Assembly (NCBI GenBank): GCA_965603825.1
Contig: CBFDEM010000033.1
Span: 682,001 to 746,000, forward strand
Direction: 5' to 3'
DNA from: Blepharisma stoltei ATCC 30299
Taxonomy: Eukaryota > Protista > Ciliophora
DNA: 64,000 bases
The notes under the pieces were generated by a model. That model had not been told where the DNA came from. It saw nothing but the letters and a program-made list of their open reading frames with translations, and did not search any database. Position numbers and translations under genes: made by a program. This document shows positions 1 through 13,149 of this stretch, piece after piece; the stretch's first letter is position 1, and each line of letters opens with the position of its first letter.

Positions 1-373
1 GGATAAATTTGTCAATCCCTTCAATTTGTCTAAAAATCTCCAGTGGCTCTACAAAAAATTCTTCAGCTGACTCCAATGTATTTGGGATGAATTCAGGACG
101 TGTTGACCTCCCCATTCCTAAATGATCGACAATATAGATTCTATAGTTTTCGACTAGCCTTTTCAGAATTTTAAAAAATATAAGGCCTGAGCCACAATAT
201 CCGTGCAGGAGAATCATTGGTGGATTTGCAGGATCTCCACACGTTAAACAATGAAGGAATAATCCTCTCCCGATGCATACGTTTCTTCTTTCTATTTCAA
301 CGCCTGAAAGTCTAATTAAATCGTTTTCTGATTGCAGTAGCAAATCTGGGGAATATCGAGACCACTTTACCAT
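1..373 (-). CDS. Alpha/beta hydrolase, ABHD4/ABHD5-like (5' part; runs off the window start)
   Basis: Manual translation from the ATG at 373 gives MVKWSRYSPDLL...PMILLHGYCGSG...YIVDHLGMGRSTRP...EGIDKFI. The LLHG and DxxGxGRS motifs are typical of the family. Not in the ORF track because it has no stop in the window. Confidence 0.85.
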   Translation of the reverse strand, partial: MVKWSRYSPDLLLQSENDLIRLSGVEIERRNVCIGRGLFLHCLTCGDPANPPMILLHGYCGSGLIFFKILKRLVENYRIYIVDHLGMGRSTRPEFIPNTLESAEEFFVEPLEIFRQIEGIDKFI

Positions 374-730
374 TGTTTTAAGATTTATTCTAAAGATTGT
401 TGATAGAAAGTTTATAATTGTAATGAACGGATAAATTACTGATTTATATATTTTATCAGGTAAGGTTTTATAATAATATAAAAAATTACTATTGAAGATA
501 GATTGTGGTAAAAAATATTTCTTTTTCGTTAGAATTATTAAGACAGTAATAATTAATTTATATTAATTTTATAATTAAATATTATATTTGAATTAAATTT
601 TCCTTAGTCAAAATACTATATTAGGTATCATGCATTTTATAATTAAATTTACTCTTAAACATCTAAGCAAGAAAATTTCAATCCCCCAGTATTATTAATT
701 CCCTAATCTGGATTTAATATATTTATTACT

Positions 731-3700
731 ATGGAAAATAGAAAACTAATTCTTCCTTTTCTTACAAGGCATTCCAGTCACAACTCAAATGGAAGTTCTG
801 AAGGGAAGCTTGATAAAGAACTCCCCATAAATTTGCCATCCTCAAATAAATCAATTCCTAAACCGCCATCTGAAAAATTAGAAATCTCATCAAGATATGA
901 AGGAAATTCAAGACAATTGAAAATCTCAGGCGAATTAAGAAAATCCAGATCAAAATCCCCAAAACTTGTACAATCCAATAGAATTTCAAATCTTTCAACC
1001 CCAAGATCAAGCATTCAGCCAACTCCCAGATCTCAGCAACTGCAAATTTCGAAAAATTCATTTGGAGATAAAAAAGCCATAGCTGAGATCCCAAATCCTA
1101 GGGAACAAATAGCAGAGCTTATAATGCAAATTCAGAAAAAAAACTCAATGCCTATTGCTGTAGAAAAGCAATTTCAAGATAATAAAATTATTTTAAAACC
1201 ATTTGAAAGCCCTCCAGATGACCCATCAGGAACAACAATCGTGACAAATCACGGGTTATTTGAAATACCAAAAGAAAAAAACGCACCATCTAAATGGGTA
1301 TCGAAAAAGGATTTTATTATGGAAAGCTACTTTAAGGACGTTTTTTCTAAACTGCCATTTGTTATGAATTTTAATAAAAGAAAAAATCTAGCAAAATGGC
1401 TGAAAGAGACGAGAAAGGCAAATTTTGAAAGGAAAAGAGAAGAATTAATAAATAATTTTTGGGCATCAAGAAAATTTTTTGCTAAAAATTATCAGCGTTT
1501 AAAAGGACATTTAACAAAAATCGCTGAAATAGTAGGGGTTGAAATAAAAGAAGGCAATATCTATGGAAAACGGCATATAGAATTCAGCTCAAGGCAGCAA
1601 GCTTGTATTAATGAAAATGGCCGAATTTTTGACAGAGAAAGCACAGGGATTTCTGATATAGTCACAATGAATTCAGAAGAACTCTCGAAAATCCAAGCAA
1701 AAGAAAGAGAAGATTTCGTAGACCGCCAAATCACAGAAAAACTTGAAGGCAAAAAAGACACTTTTATAGGGATCAGCTCAAAAAAGAAAAATAGCAAGGA
1801 TATTCGTGAAGAAAACATAAAGCTGCAAGGCAAACTTATTGATGGTTTTTTGCACTATGTAAGACTTTCCTATTTTAACTCAGTCATAGAAATGATAGAA
1901 GAAACAAGCTTACAATTTGCTGCCAAAATGTGTGGCCCAAGAAAGCCAAGATTCGAAGTTATTATGGTCATAAAACAAAATTTAAACGTCGACCCTGAGC
2001 TTGCTATTTTGAAAGAAATAATTTTAGGCTCAATACAAAATTTTATATTATCAATTTTTACTAATCGGCAAATTATCCATACCCAATCAGTCATTTTAAG
2101 CTCTTTCAAGCTCCAAAAGCCTATTAAAATGAGCTATAATGTATTTATTAATGAAATTTTAGAACATAAAGGATTGGTAAAAAAATGTCATGAAAATTTA
2201 GAAAAGGAAATTGACAAAGATATGAAAGCTTCTCAAAAGACAATTGGGAACTACCTTCATTTGGAGCAGATTAAGACTGTTGGAGAAAAATGGGTAGTTC
2301 AGTTAAAAGACAAGAATTTCGACGTCGTTTCCTTTTATAAAGAAAATTTTGAACAGTTTAATAACTTTTCTCAACAAATTGAAGAAATTTCTGTTTTAAG
2401 CACAGTTTCTGGAATGATTTCAGTAGAAACTGCTACAATAAAAGCCCATCTCCAAGAAATCCCAAAACTCGTGATTTCTTCTTTAAAAGAACGATTATTA
2501 GAAATAATTTCCCATGAGTCCTCAGACTTAAAAACTGAAATTTTTTCTTTTCATAAAATCCTTGAGGATAAAGCTGCGTCTCTTCCACAGTTTGCTGAAC
2601 AAGTAAATGCGACGACATCTATTAAAGAAACTAAGCTACAAAATTGGGAAAAAAGGCTGATGTTTATTAATGAATGCTCAAATTTGTGTAGAAAAGAAAA
2701 AGTGAGGATCCCAGCAAATACAGTGGTAGCAATTGATGAAATTAAGTCAATAATAAAAATTATTCCAGTACAGATAATAAAAGCAGAGCAGCATTATCAG
2801 GAATATGGAAACCTGTTTGAGGACCAAATGAATGCTGGGTCTGCAAAATTAGCTAAAAAAATAAAAAAATTTGAACAAAATTATATACAAAGATATCTGC
2901 AAGACATAGATAGGCTTGATCAGCCTGATTTAACGTTAAAAGAGCTGACAAAAAGAGAAGAAGCACTGGCTACTATGAAGCAAAGGGTAGAGATGATAGA
3001 AACTTTTAGCTCAGCTTTAATTAAACTTAAGCCAAAAGACCTTACAATAAAGCAAACTGTCTGCAGAAAAAAATTTGATGCTCTATTTTTACTGCATTGT
3101 GATACTTTAAAGCTGTGAAAACTGACCAATTATTGGCGAAAACATTTAGAAAAATGGATGCTGACTACTTTTGAAAATCTTGACGTCAAAAAAATGTGCA
3201 TAAAAGCTGAAAAAATCAGCAAAAGGCTTGGCGATGGCTATTTTGAAAGCAAAAAATTCCCAAAAGCAGCAGAGCGAGCTCTTAAATTAGTCACCGAAGA
3301 AATCAGCAGCTTGACCTCTATATCAAGCCTACTATTAGATTTAAAAAGTGACTCTTTAAAGCCTAGACACTGAGAAATGATATTAAAAGTCATAAAAAAG
3401 CCTGAACTCTTAAATTTTGCATTTAAATTACAAGACCTCACAGAAGTAGGCCTGATTAAATATATCCCCAAAATAAAAAATATTTTAGAAGATGCTTATG
3501 AAGAGTCCAAATGTGAAGCCAATTTAATTTCAATAAAAACCATTTGGGACTCCATGGAGCTTTCATTTGAAGAATCGAAAAATGGAAGCAGCATGCATGT
3601 GTTAGCTAATGTAAAAGAAATAGAAAACTGGATAGAAGAGCATATTATTACTATAGAAAACATTGAGCAAGCTATGAATACGTCACATATCCAAGCAGAA

Positions 3701-6700
3701 ATAGAAGACTGGAAAGTAAAACTTACTCAAATGAAGCACGTCTTGGATTTGTGGGAGTCTTGTCAGAATTCGTGGCTGCAGCTTGAGCCTATGTTTAATT
3801 CAGAACATATGGGAAATACAACTTCTAGTGAAATTGAGGCGTTTAAAGAAATGCAAACTAATTTAAAAAGACTTGTGTGGGCAGCTCAGCAAAATACGAA
3901 AGCTACTTATAATTTGCTTTTACCTGGCAGGGATAAGCTTTTTGAAAAAATACTTGAAGGAATTTCAAATTTGAAAAAAAATATTAAAGGCTTCTTAGAC
4001 AGTCACAGATTTACATTTCCTAGATTTTTCTTTTTATCTGATCCACAGCTTTTGCAATTTTTATCATATGTCCATACAGAGCAACAATTTGATAAATATT
4101 TATCATTTTTGTTTCCAGGAGGTTCTAAATTTCTAATTAAAAAATTTAGTTATGAAGAAGCAGCTAGTGCTGAAGAATTTGAATTTGAGCTGAGTTCTTC
4201 TGATTTAGAAAATAAAGATGAAATTGATGATTTTCTAAGCGATTTAAAAGCTGATGATACTCAAAGTGAAGGAAATAGAAATTTTATAACAGCAAAACAA
4301 AAACTGAAAGAAAAATGCATGAAAAATGTGAATCAAGGAAAATTTTTGTATGAAATTATGGGTATTGAAGGGTTTAATGGAGAAATTTTATTTTTTGAAA
4401 AATCTGTTAGTATTGTTGGAAGTGTGGAAGCATGGCTATTAGAAGTTGAAAAAGAAATGAAAAGCACTTTAGGAAATATGGTAAAAGATACAGTGTCTTA
4501 TTTTTCTAAACAAAGTTTAGATGAATGAATTTTGGATTTCCCCCAACAAACAGTTTTTACTGCTTTAATGCTTGTGGTTACAAGTGAAATTACTGAAATT
4601 ATGAAAGACTACCAAAACCAAAAAGGCTCTGATTCGAGTGATAATGAAATTGAAATCCCCAATGAAGAAATTGACGAAAAATTCACCAGATCTTTTTTTA
4701 CAAATAGCCAATCTATTGATAAAGAAGCGCTTAAAAAAGAGCTTCAGTCTAAAGGCTATAAAGGCTTATATACAAGACTGCAGTTTTGGATAAGTCAGAT
4801 TGCAAAAAGTTTAAATTCAAATCAAAGCATTAACTCATATCAAATAATGTGCTTAAGGTCAGTGATTTATTATTTAAATTATCAATCAGATATAGTAAAT
4901 TCTCTTTTACTGAAAAAAATTTACTCAAAAGGCGATTTTGAGTGGAAAAAAATTTTCAGAGCATATTGGAAGCCTTCTGTAAATAAAGTTGAATTGGAGT
5001 GTGGAGAGACAAGTATTCTTCAAGAAAATGAATATTTAGGAAGCTCATATAGGCTACTTTATTCACCTTTAACAACTAGATATTTTGTATTTATAAGCAG
5101 TGCTCTTAGAGAATTATCATTAGTTTTATTTAAAACTAGCCCATGCGTTGATTCAGCTTTTGATATTTTTGAAGAGTTCTCAAATCTTTGTGGAATTGCA
5201 AGCTCAAAAGTTTATATCAACAGCAATACTTCTATGACTATGCTTCTAAAAAGGCTTAATGGGGCTGCTCACTCTGGCATATGAATTGTTTTCGAGCACC
5301 TGGATAATCTCAGTCTCCACAATTTACAAATTTTAACAAAAGAAGTCCAAATGGTGAGGCAGCAATTTATAGCCTCAAATACAATTAAAAATTATAATTA
5401 TAAATTTGCAGCTATGTTTTCTATTTCTCCATTGCAATACCGCCAAGATAAAGCTTTGCTATCCTGTTTACAGCTCTCTTTTAGATCCATTGAAATTATA
5501 AAGCCTGACGTGAAATTTATAGTGCAGATTCTTTTAATTCAAGAAGGGTTCAAAAGTATAGACACTCTAAGTACATTAATGAAAAATCTTATAAAAATAC
5601 TAATGGAAAAAATAGATCCTAATATTTCTGTATCAGTGAAAGCTATCATGAGTATAATAATTATCGCTAAAAAAATGATAAACCAAACTGAAACTGATAT
5701 AGAATCCAGAGAAATTTCAGCATTAGCAAATGCCGCAAAATTATTTTTTTCAAATAAAATAATTTCTGCGAATAATATAGGACCTAAAATTACTAAAGAA
5801 AAGACCTATGAAATTTTAGAAAATATTGACGACACTGTAGGAATGGTTTTTAGAAGGAGACAAAAAACAGGATTTGAGATGCCTGAGCTTAGAAAATTGA
5901 TAGGAAAAAGTGCAGAAGAAATGGGATTAAATTTATCAGACTTGCAGCTAAAAAAATGCGAAGATATATATTACGGACTAAGAATAAACCGTGGATTTAT
6001 CATTCTAGGTCCAAATACAACTGGGAAATCTACCATGCTTGAATTAGTTGCAAAAATTCTTAAAAATGTATATAATTTTGAAATTAATCAAATAGAAATA
6101 AACCCAAATACTTTTACTGAAAAACAGCTATTTGGATCAATGGAGCCTCAGCAAAATCCAAAAGAAGGGATTTTATCTAAAATTTGTGAAGAAGCTTTGC
6201 AAAGTGACTCCAGATTTCATTGGCTGATACTTGACGCAAAATATATGCAATCATGATGGGCTGAATTGTTTTTACCATTATTTGAAAACTCTTTAACAAA
6301 TTTGAACGATTTTCAGTCTTTAGATTTGTCTGATTTTTTGCCATCTTCCAAGTCTTTGCTTTCTGCAAAAACTGATATTTTAGCATTTCCAAATATGACA
6401 AATCTCCAATTTCCAAAAAATATGTCAATTATCTATCAGACAACTGAAATCTCTTCTATGTCTCCTTCATTTCTTAACAAAGTAGGCATTTATTTTTTCG
6501 AAGAAAAATCTCTTACCTCTTGTGATATTTGTATATTTTCTTTAAAATCAATATGCCAAAAATATTTAAAATACGGATTACACCCTAAATTTATTATAGA
6601 AATTTTTTCCACAAAAATCAAAAAAATGATAGAAAATATTGAAGTATGTTTTTCAGAGAATCCAGGGTGAAATTCAAAGGTTCTTTCTCTATCATTTGTA

Positions 6701-9700
6701 AGGATATTTCAAATGGTAATGGAAGTTATGGTAACCCAAGCATTTGTAGCTGTTGGAGAAGAAGAAGGGATGTATTCTCCTTCAGATGTAGAGCTAGAAC
6801 AGTATGCGATAAAAAATGCTTCCACTAAACCAATATTAATAGAGTATTATTCAAGAATAGAAATTGGGATGATTTATACTTTAATTTGGTCTTTTGGGGC
6901 CTGCTTAAACTCGGATGATAAATCAAAATTTTCAACAATAATACATAAACACATCGCTAATTCAAGCTTCAAATACAAATTTCCAGAAAATTCAGACATT
7001 TTCAATATTTTTATTGACTGGACTGATATTTCTTTTCATACCTTCAGTGAGGCTCCTTTAGCACAAAATTCGCTTTCCCCATCACTTTATATTATGATTC
7101 CTTCTCTGGAATTAACAAGGTCAGCTTTTCTACTAAACAGCATAATCCTAGTAGAAAATTCTTTAAATACCCAAAAATATATACAACTCATAGGAGAATC
7201 AGGATCAGGAAAGACTTCTCTTGCTCAATATATTTCTAATATAAACATTGAAAATTACAGTACAACTGTCCAAACAGTTACCCCACATCTGTCTGTTACC
7301 CATCTACACAGCTCAGTGCTAAATCTAGTAAATAAAAAAGGTTTTGATAGAAAATTACTTTTAGTTATAGAAGATGTCCATTTAGACGAAAATTATAAAA
7401 AAAATATTTTGGAAGATCTAAAATATTGGGCCAAACATGAAGGATTTTTTGAGCCAGAAGACCTAGATTTTATTCATATAAAATCTGCAGATTTCATTAC
7501 CACTTGTCAGCCACAAAACTTAGAATCTTTATCACTTGACTCAAATATTCACAAAATTTTCCTTGAAGCCCCTAATACCCATATTTTTAAACAAATTTTA
7601 GTAAATTGTGTATTTCAGAGAAAAAACTCTGTAGAAATCTTAGTGCATAGATATTTGAAAATTATTATCAGCATTATTTGTCATATGAAAAAAGATTTTT
7701 CTGATAATTTTAGCTTTATGAGGGTAATTAAAAATTTCAAAAGTTTTTTATATTTTTCGAAAAACTGCGAATGAAGTGAAGGAAATGAGCTAAAAGAAGA
7801 AGACAGAGTCGCCGAAATGCTGGCTTATGAGCTCAAAAGAGGATTTAAAGATTCTATTAAAGACAAAAAAGAGTTCGACTTAAAAATTTCAGAGCATATT
7901 AGCAATAAACTAAAAGTTAACAAAATGCAGGCAGGGCTGCTGTATGGGGATTATATTTCTGAGAATCAAAAATATAATTCTAGTTTTGTGTACTCGAGAA
8001 AATTAGTAGCAGATATAGAGAATATCCAAAATATAATTATAGAAAAGATCAATAAGTACCCAGGGATGACTGAAAAAAAGTTTTTGTCAATTGTGGCTTA
8101 CTGCTTATACCCTTCTGCTATTGAAAGAATTTGGGCTATTTGTAGAATAATACAAGAAGAAGGACTGCATGGGATTCTGCAAATTCCTTCAGGTAACGGT
8201 GCATATGAATGTGTCCAAGCCGCTTGTATATTAAAACAATGCAGAATTATTGAAATCGATAGAGATTTTACTGACTTTCAAGCAAAATTCGAAGAATCAA
8301 TTTTAACTATTTTTGAAAAAATGAAAAATTCTGAACAAACCCAATGTGTATTTTTATTCCAAATTTCTCCATCAAAATACGAATCTTATCTTGACCTATT
8401 AAATTGGTTTATTATTTCAGATTTACAAGATATCAGCCTTTTCTCAGCAGGATTTCTAGATAAACTTTCAAATATAAGCCAAGACAAATTATTCCGCTCC
8501 AAAATTTTAAATTCCGATGAAAATCCTATCCTAATTGTGCTGAAATTTTTAAAAAAATATTTTCATATAATTATTCAGATTTCTTCATTAGAAGAATACA
8601 AAACTTTTTTATTACGATATCCCAAGCTTAGTGATAGATGTGAAATTATTATTGAATATTCTCAGCCAGACTATGGAGAACTTTCACATATGGCTGAAAA
8701 TTATTTAAAAATAAGAGGCATTGAAGACGTAGGGCTTGCAGAAGTTATGACAGAACTGTTTATGCACGCAAAAGGCTCATATGAAAGAAATGAATTTGTT
8801 GATGCCAGCGAAAGGCCAGATCTGGATAATTTTATTTGCACTAAAAGACTGGTGGATTTTATTGATAATTTTTGTAACATGTATTATCAAGCTCAAGAAA
8901 AGATTAAAAAATATAGATCAAACCTAGAAAAAGTCCTGGAAAAAACAAAAATTTTCCAGTCTATGCATGAGCAGCTTGGCAATAATATGTCGTTTTTACA
9001 AGAGCATTCAATGAAAACCTCTTCAAATATCAATCTTACCCGTGGGCAAATAGAAAAACTAAGAAAATCTCAGGCACAAAAGCAAGAGCTGATTGAAGAA
9101 AAAGAAAGACTAAATGCTGCTTTACAGTCTGAATTAGAACATTTACAGAAAGAAAATGAAGAAATTGTGGCTTCAAAAGATATGAGACTAGAACAGACTT
9201 TCAATGCACTAGTTCCTTATTTACAGCAAACAAGCTATATTCAAGATTTTTTTAAAGCCAATGATGAAAAAAATGTAAGGCTTTTTCACATTTTGGCTGC
9301 AATAATAGGAAAAGATGAAGAAGGAAATTTATTAGAAATTTTTGAGCAGCCTTCATCACTTATTGGTTCTTTAAGAAACAAGCATGAAGGACAGTTATCA
9401 CGAAGGGTTTTAAATGTGCTCAGTGAATATGTAAGTAAGGTTGAAAAGAAAACCTACAGAGATCCATTTATGATGTCTTTATATGACTATTTAGATTCAA
9501 TCCTTCAAAGAAACCAAGTTTTACAGCTATTGCAGCCCCAAATAGCCAGAACTGATGAACTGAAAAACGAAATTGCTAATAATAATGTCTCTATTACCTA
9601 CGCACAAAAGTATATTTTAGACATAGAAAGAGAGCTTCGCAGATGCATAGACAGAGAAAGACTGTTCTCAAGCGAATTAACTAAAAGAAAAGAAAAATTA

Positions 9701-11377
9701 AAAACCAGCGAAGTCACCCATATAAGAACTGACAATTTAATCGCAGCTGTGACTGAATTAAACACAAAAGCAAGAAACAAGCTTAATATCGTTGAAGAAA
9801 TTGAGAAAAAATTGGTTGGCGATTGTTTAATTTTTACTTGCAATTCTGAGTACTTTGGGCATTTAAATATTGCTCAAAGAGTGCAAGAATGGGCTTCTAT
9901 TTTTAGGAATTTAGAAGCTAGAGAAATTTTTGCTGACGAAAGATGGCAGGATAGCTCATTTAGCTCGCAGTTGAAGATTTTTAAATATTATTCGAAGTTT
10001 ATAAATCTAGAACCTTCAAAAAGTGATGTGAAATTTGGGAATTTTTCGGTCTCTGACTCACAGAATTTGATGAAATTGTCATCAAATTATTGGTTTGGCC
10101 ATGATATAAATTTAGGAAGGGCGTATGATGAAATAAGTGAAATTCTCATAAAAAATTTGCTGCCTAAGCATTATAAAGATTTAGATGATCGAAAAGAAAA
10201 TATGAGAATTCTAAAAGCTGATATGAAAGAAAGGAAAAAAAGGAAAAAAACTGAGCTGACACTGTGCGATATTAATTTGTTGCAGGACTATGATCATTAT
10301 ATGGACCTTTTAAATGTCATTAAAGCCAGCGATGAATCGATTCAGAGGTTTTACCTAGCTCAAGAAGACTATTTAAGCTTTATGCAGCAATTTCCATTGA
10401 TTATTAACCTAGAAAAATGCCTCAAAAAATTCATAATGCCACAGCTGTTTTTATATTTTTATGCTGGCATAAAAGAAGAATTCTCGTCATTATTTTCGCT
10501 CATATATGCGATTTATGTCGGATTGGCACAAGGACAGATTAAAGATAAAGAACTTGATGAATTTGAAAAGAAATTTTGAAATACTAAAGAAAATTTACAG
10601 ATGGGAACCATAGTAAAAGAAGCAAAACCACAAAAACTAGAAAAATCAGAAGCAGAAACTAATGAAATTTCTCTAGATTATGAAAAAAATCTAAAAGAAA
10701 AATTAAATCAAGCTAACAGCGAAGAAGTCTCAAAAATGATGACTGTGCTTTTTAACTCCCATTATAGTGAAATTCCTACATTACTCAGAATTTTGGTATC
10801 TTTAAAATCACCTGACAATAAAACAAAAAATCTTCTAAAAGATTTTATTAATGAAAGGCTGAACTTTATTTCTGATTTACATGATACTAAAATGACTCTA
10901 GAAAACTTAATAAAAATCGGTAATTGGAAGCTACCAATTGCAATACACTCACTTCCAGGAGTAAATATTATTAATATGCTCTGCTCATTAGCCAACAACC
11001 ATAATGTTGGCCTAGAAGTAATTAGAAAACTCAGCCATGATGAAAACAAAATTGATAGTGACCCTGCTACTTATGAGCTGATTTTTTCAAGTGCAAAAGA
11101 AGGAAACTGGGTCTTAATAAGCACTGAGCAATTTCCTTTTAGCTGAAAAGGCATTTATCAACAGCTTAAAGAATTAAATGAAAAAAATGAAATTAATGAA
11201 GAATTTAGGATTTTCTTTGATTTGCAAGGATTTAAAAACGAAGAAATCCCTTGGGGATTTTTGAACCAGGAATGCGGAAGAATTTATGTGATAGAAAAAG
11301 ATGCTGAAGAAGCTGCAAGGTACTCTGATATTTGGAGCAGGTTTTTGTGTGGTGATGAAATTTTAAAGATTAAATAA
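731..11377 (+). CDS. Highly divergent dynein heavy chain-like protein (~3548 aa) with degenerate AAA1/AAA4 and truncated C-terminus
   Basis: Nine ORF pieces in one frame are joined by 9 TGA(Trp) codons and end at TAA 11375-11377. Dynein landmarks appear in order: WLQLEPMF, FPRFFFLSD, EYLG..RLLYSPLT, AAA2 GPNTTGKST, AAA3 GESGSGKT, stalk coiled coil, LVGDCL, AAA6 GNWVL..FRIFF. Confidence 0.85.
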
Positions 11378-11392
11378 AGTTTTAAACAATAA

Positions 11393-12871
11393 TTATAAGC
11401 ATTCTTCAGTTAAGAGGCCATGATATCTGTCTAATCCTGTTTTCCTTCCATCATAAACCCATTGAAATGCAGTTTTATTAATAACTTCGTCTAAATCTGC
11501 TTTATATAATATTGCATATTCAATATCTAAAATATCTTGAATAATTTTCATATAAATCTTATTTTTTTCTTTACTAGTTGTTCCTATTTGTGGACTTAAA
11601 TTCAGTTCAATAAACCACGCATTTAAATCGTCATCGAGCATAAAGTCGAGCCCAAAAAATTCAAAAACCCTTGGATGACTTAAAAGTTTATCAAGATTCA
11701 TCCGAACCATATGTAGCATAGTTCTTTTAATAGAATATCGAAAGCTGTCATTAATCCAATTATCTGGTACTTTTCTTTCATTTTTCATAATTTCTTCGAA
11801 TTTGCTGAAATTTATGTTTCTGTCTTTCATTTTTTCTTCATATTCATTTTCAGTTAAGTTAACTGAGGATAAATATAAGTCAGCTATATGAGAATTTGTT
11901 AAATAATTTTCAAAATTTGTGGAGTCTTTTCTATATTTTTCTAAAGTAATTCTTAAGGTCCCATCTCTATAAAGAATCATAAGAGGATCCATTGAGATAA
12001 TAAACATAAAAACCCTAAAATCAAATTTTCTTCCGTTTAGCAGCAATGGATTTGAAATATATTTTTGTGCTATAAATTTTTCATTGTCAGGACATGGTGA
12101 CTCTTTTTCGTAATAATTTATCAATTCATTTGCAACAGCATCCGAAACTATTGCTACAGAATCCCCATTATGACTATATCTAGCTTTCTTGTACATTCAT
12201 TCATTTCTCTTCCCATTTTTAATGCTTTCCACAAATTCCAAACATTGTTCTTTTGCACTCAGATCAAGAGTATACGGAGTTGCTTTCCAAGGTTCGAAGC
12301 ATTTTTCCCTTCCTTTATAATATTCTTTATATTTTCTAAAAGAATTTGCAATTTCATCTTTAAAGTTTAAATTTATACTTCCTGGGATATGATTATATCT
12401 CTGGCCTTCACAAAGGAAATGAGTTTCCATTTTATGAAGTTCATGTCATAAAGGATTTACTTGGAAAAATAAATTTATTTTTGGGTCTAATGTAGTTTTG
12501 GATGACTTTTGGTGGAGAATTGGTCTTGCGATTACACTAAAAGTTTGGTGGACTAGTGAATGATCAGGATAATCAGAAAAAATGTATCTGTGGTCCTCAG
12601 TTGGGAGTTTTTGCTTATTTAAGGATATATCTTGTATAGATTGATAATTTTTGACTTTTCGACAATAATTATTTTCATTTACAATATTTTCAGATATTTC
12701 CTGATATGAAGAATTGAATTGCAAATTAAATCAGCTTGAAGATGACTTATAGCTGGTATTTATGGTATCTTCAAGTGTTGAAGGCTTACCAGAGTCTTGA
12801 TTTTTTGTGAAATATTGTAGCAAGAGACAGTTCAATATAAAACAAAAAGTAACGATATTTTTGAATTTCAT
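11393..12871 (-). CDS. Tubulin-tyrosine-ligase-like (TTLL, ATP-grasp) protein with N-terminal hydrophobic segment
   Basis: Four in-frame ORFs are joined by 3 TGA. Motifs: QKYISNPLLLNGRKFDFRVF, YLTN, FEFFGLDFMLD, FIELNLSP. The start is either 12871 (MKFKNIVTFCFILNCLLL) or the upstream ATG at 12973. Confidence 0.85.
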
Positions 12872-13149
12872 ATTTATTATGCAATTTAAAAGAATTCTAA
12901 AGAAAATTAATTTTTTTATTTGTTGCTTGGTCATCAAAAAAGGTTTATGATATTTTTTATGATTCCTAGTCATTTGCTATTAAAATAAAAAATTATAGTA
13001 AATTCCCTAATAATTTAGATCCCATTTTTCCAAATGTATTCTGCTGTTTATTTAAGTTTAAATTTACATTGTTTAAGCAATTTTAGTTATCCTTTAATTT
13101 TTGCATTTTTCACCAATTTTTTCAATATCAGCAATATTATTTTATTTCA

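Noticed and set aside
731-11377. Reading the fragmented ORFs as separate genes or as a nonsense-riddled pseudogene
   Set aside because: All breaks are TGA in one frame with no TAA/TAG or frameshift, and the same pattern holds across conserved genes such as DYNC2H1 and CLC.
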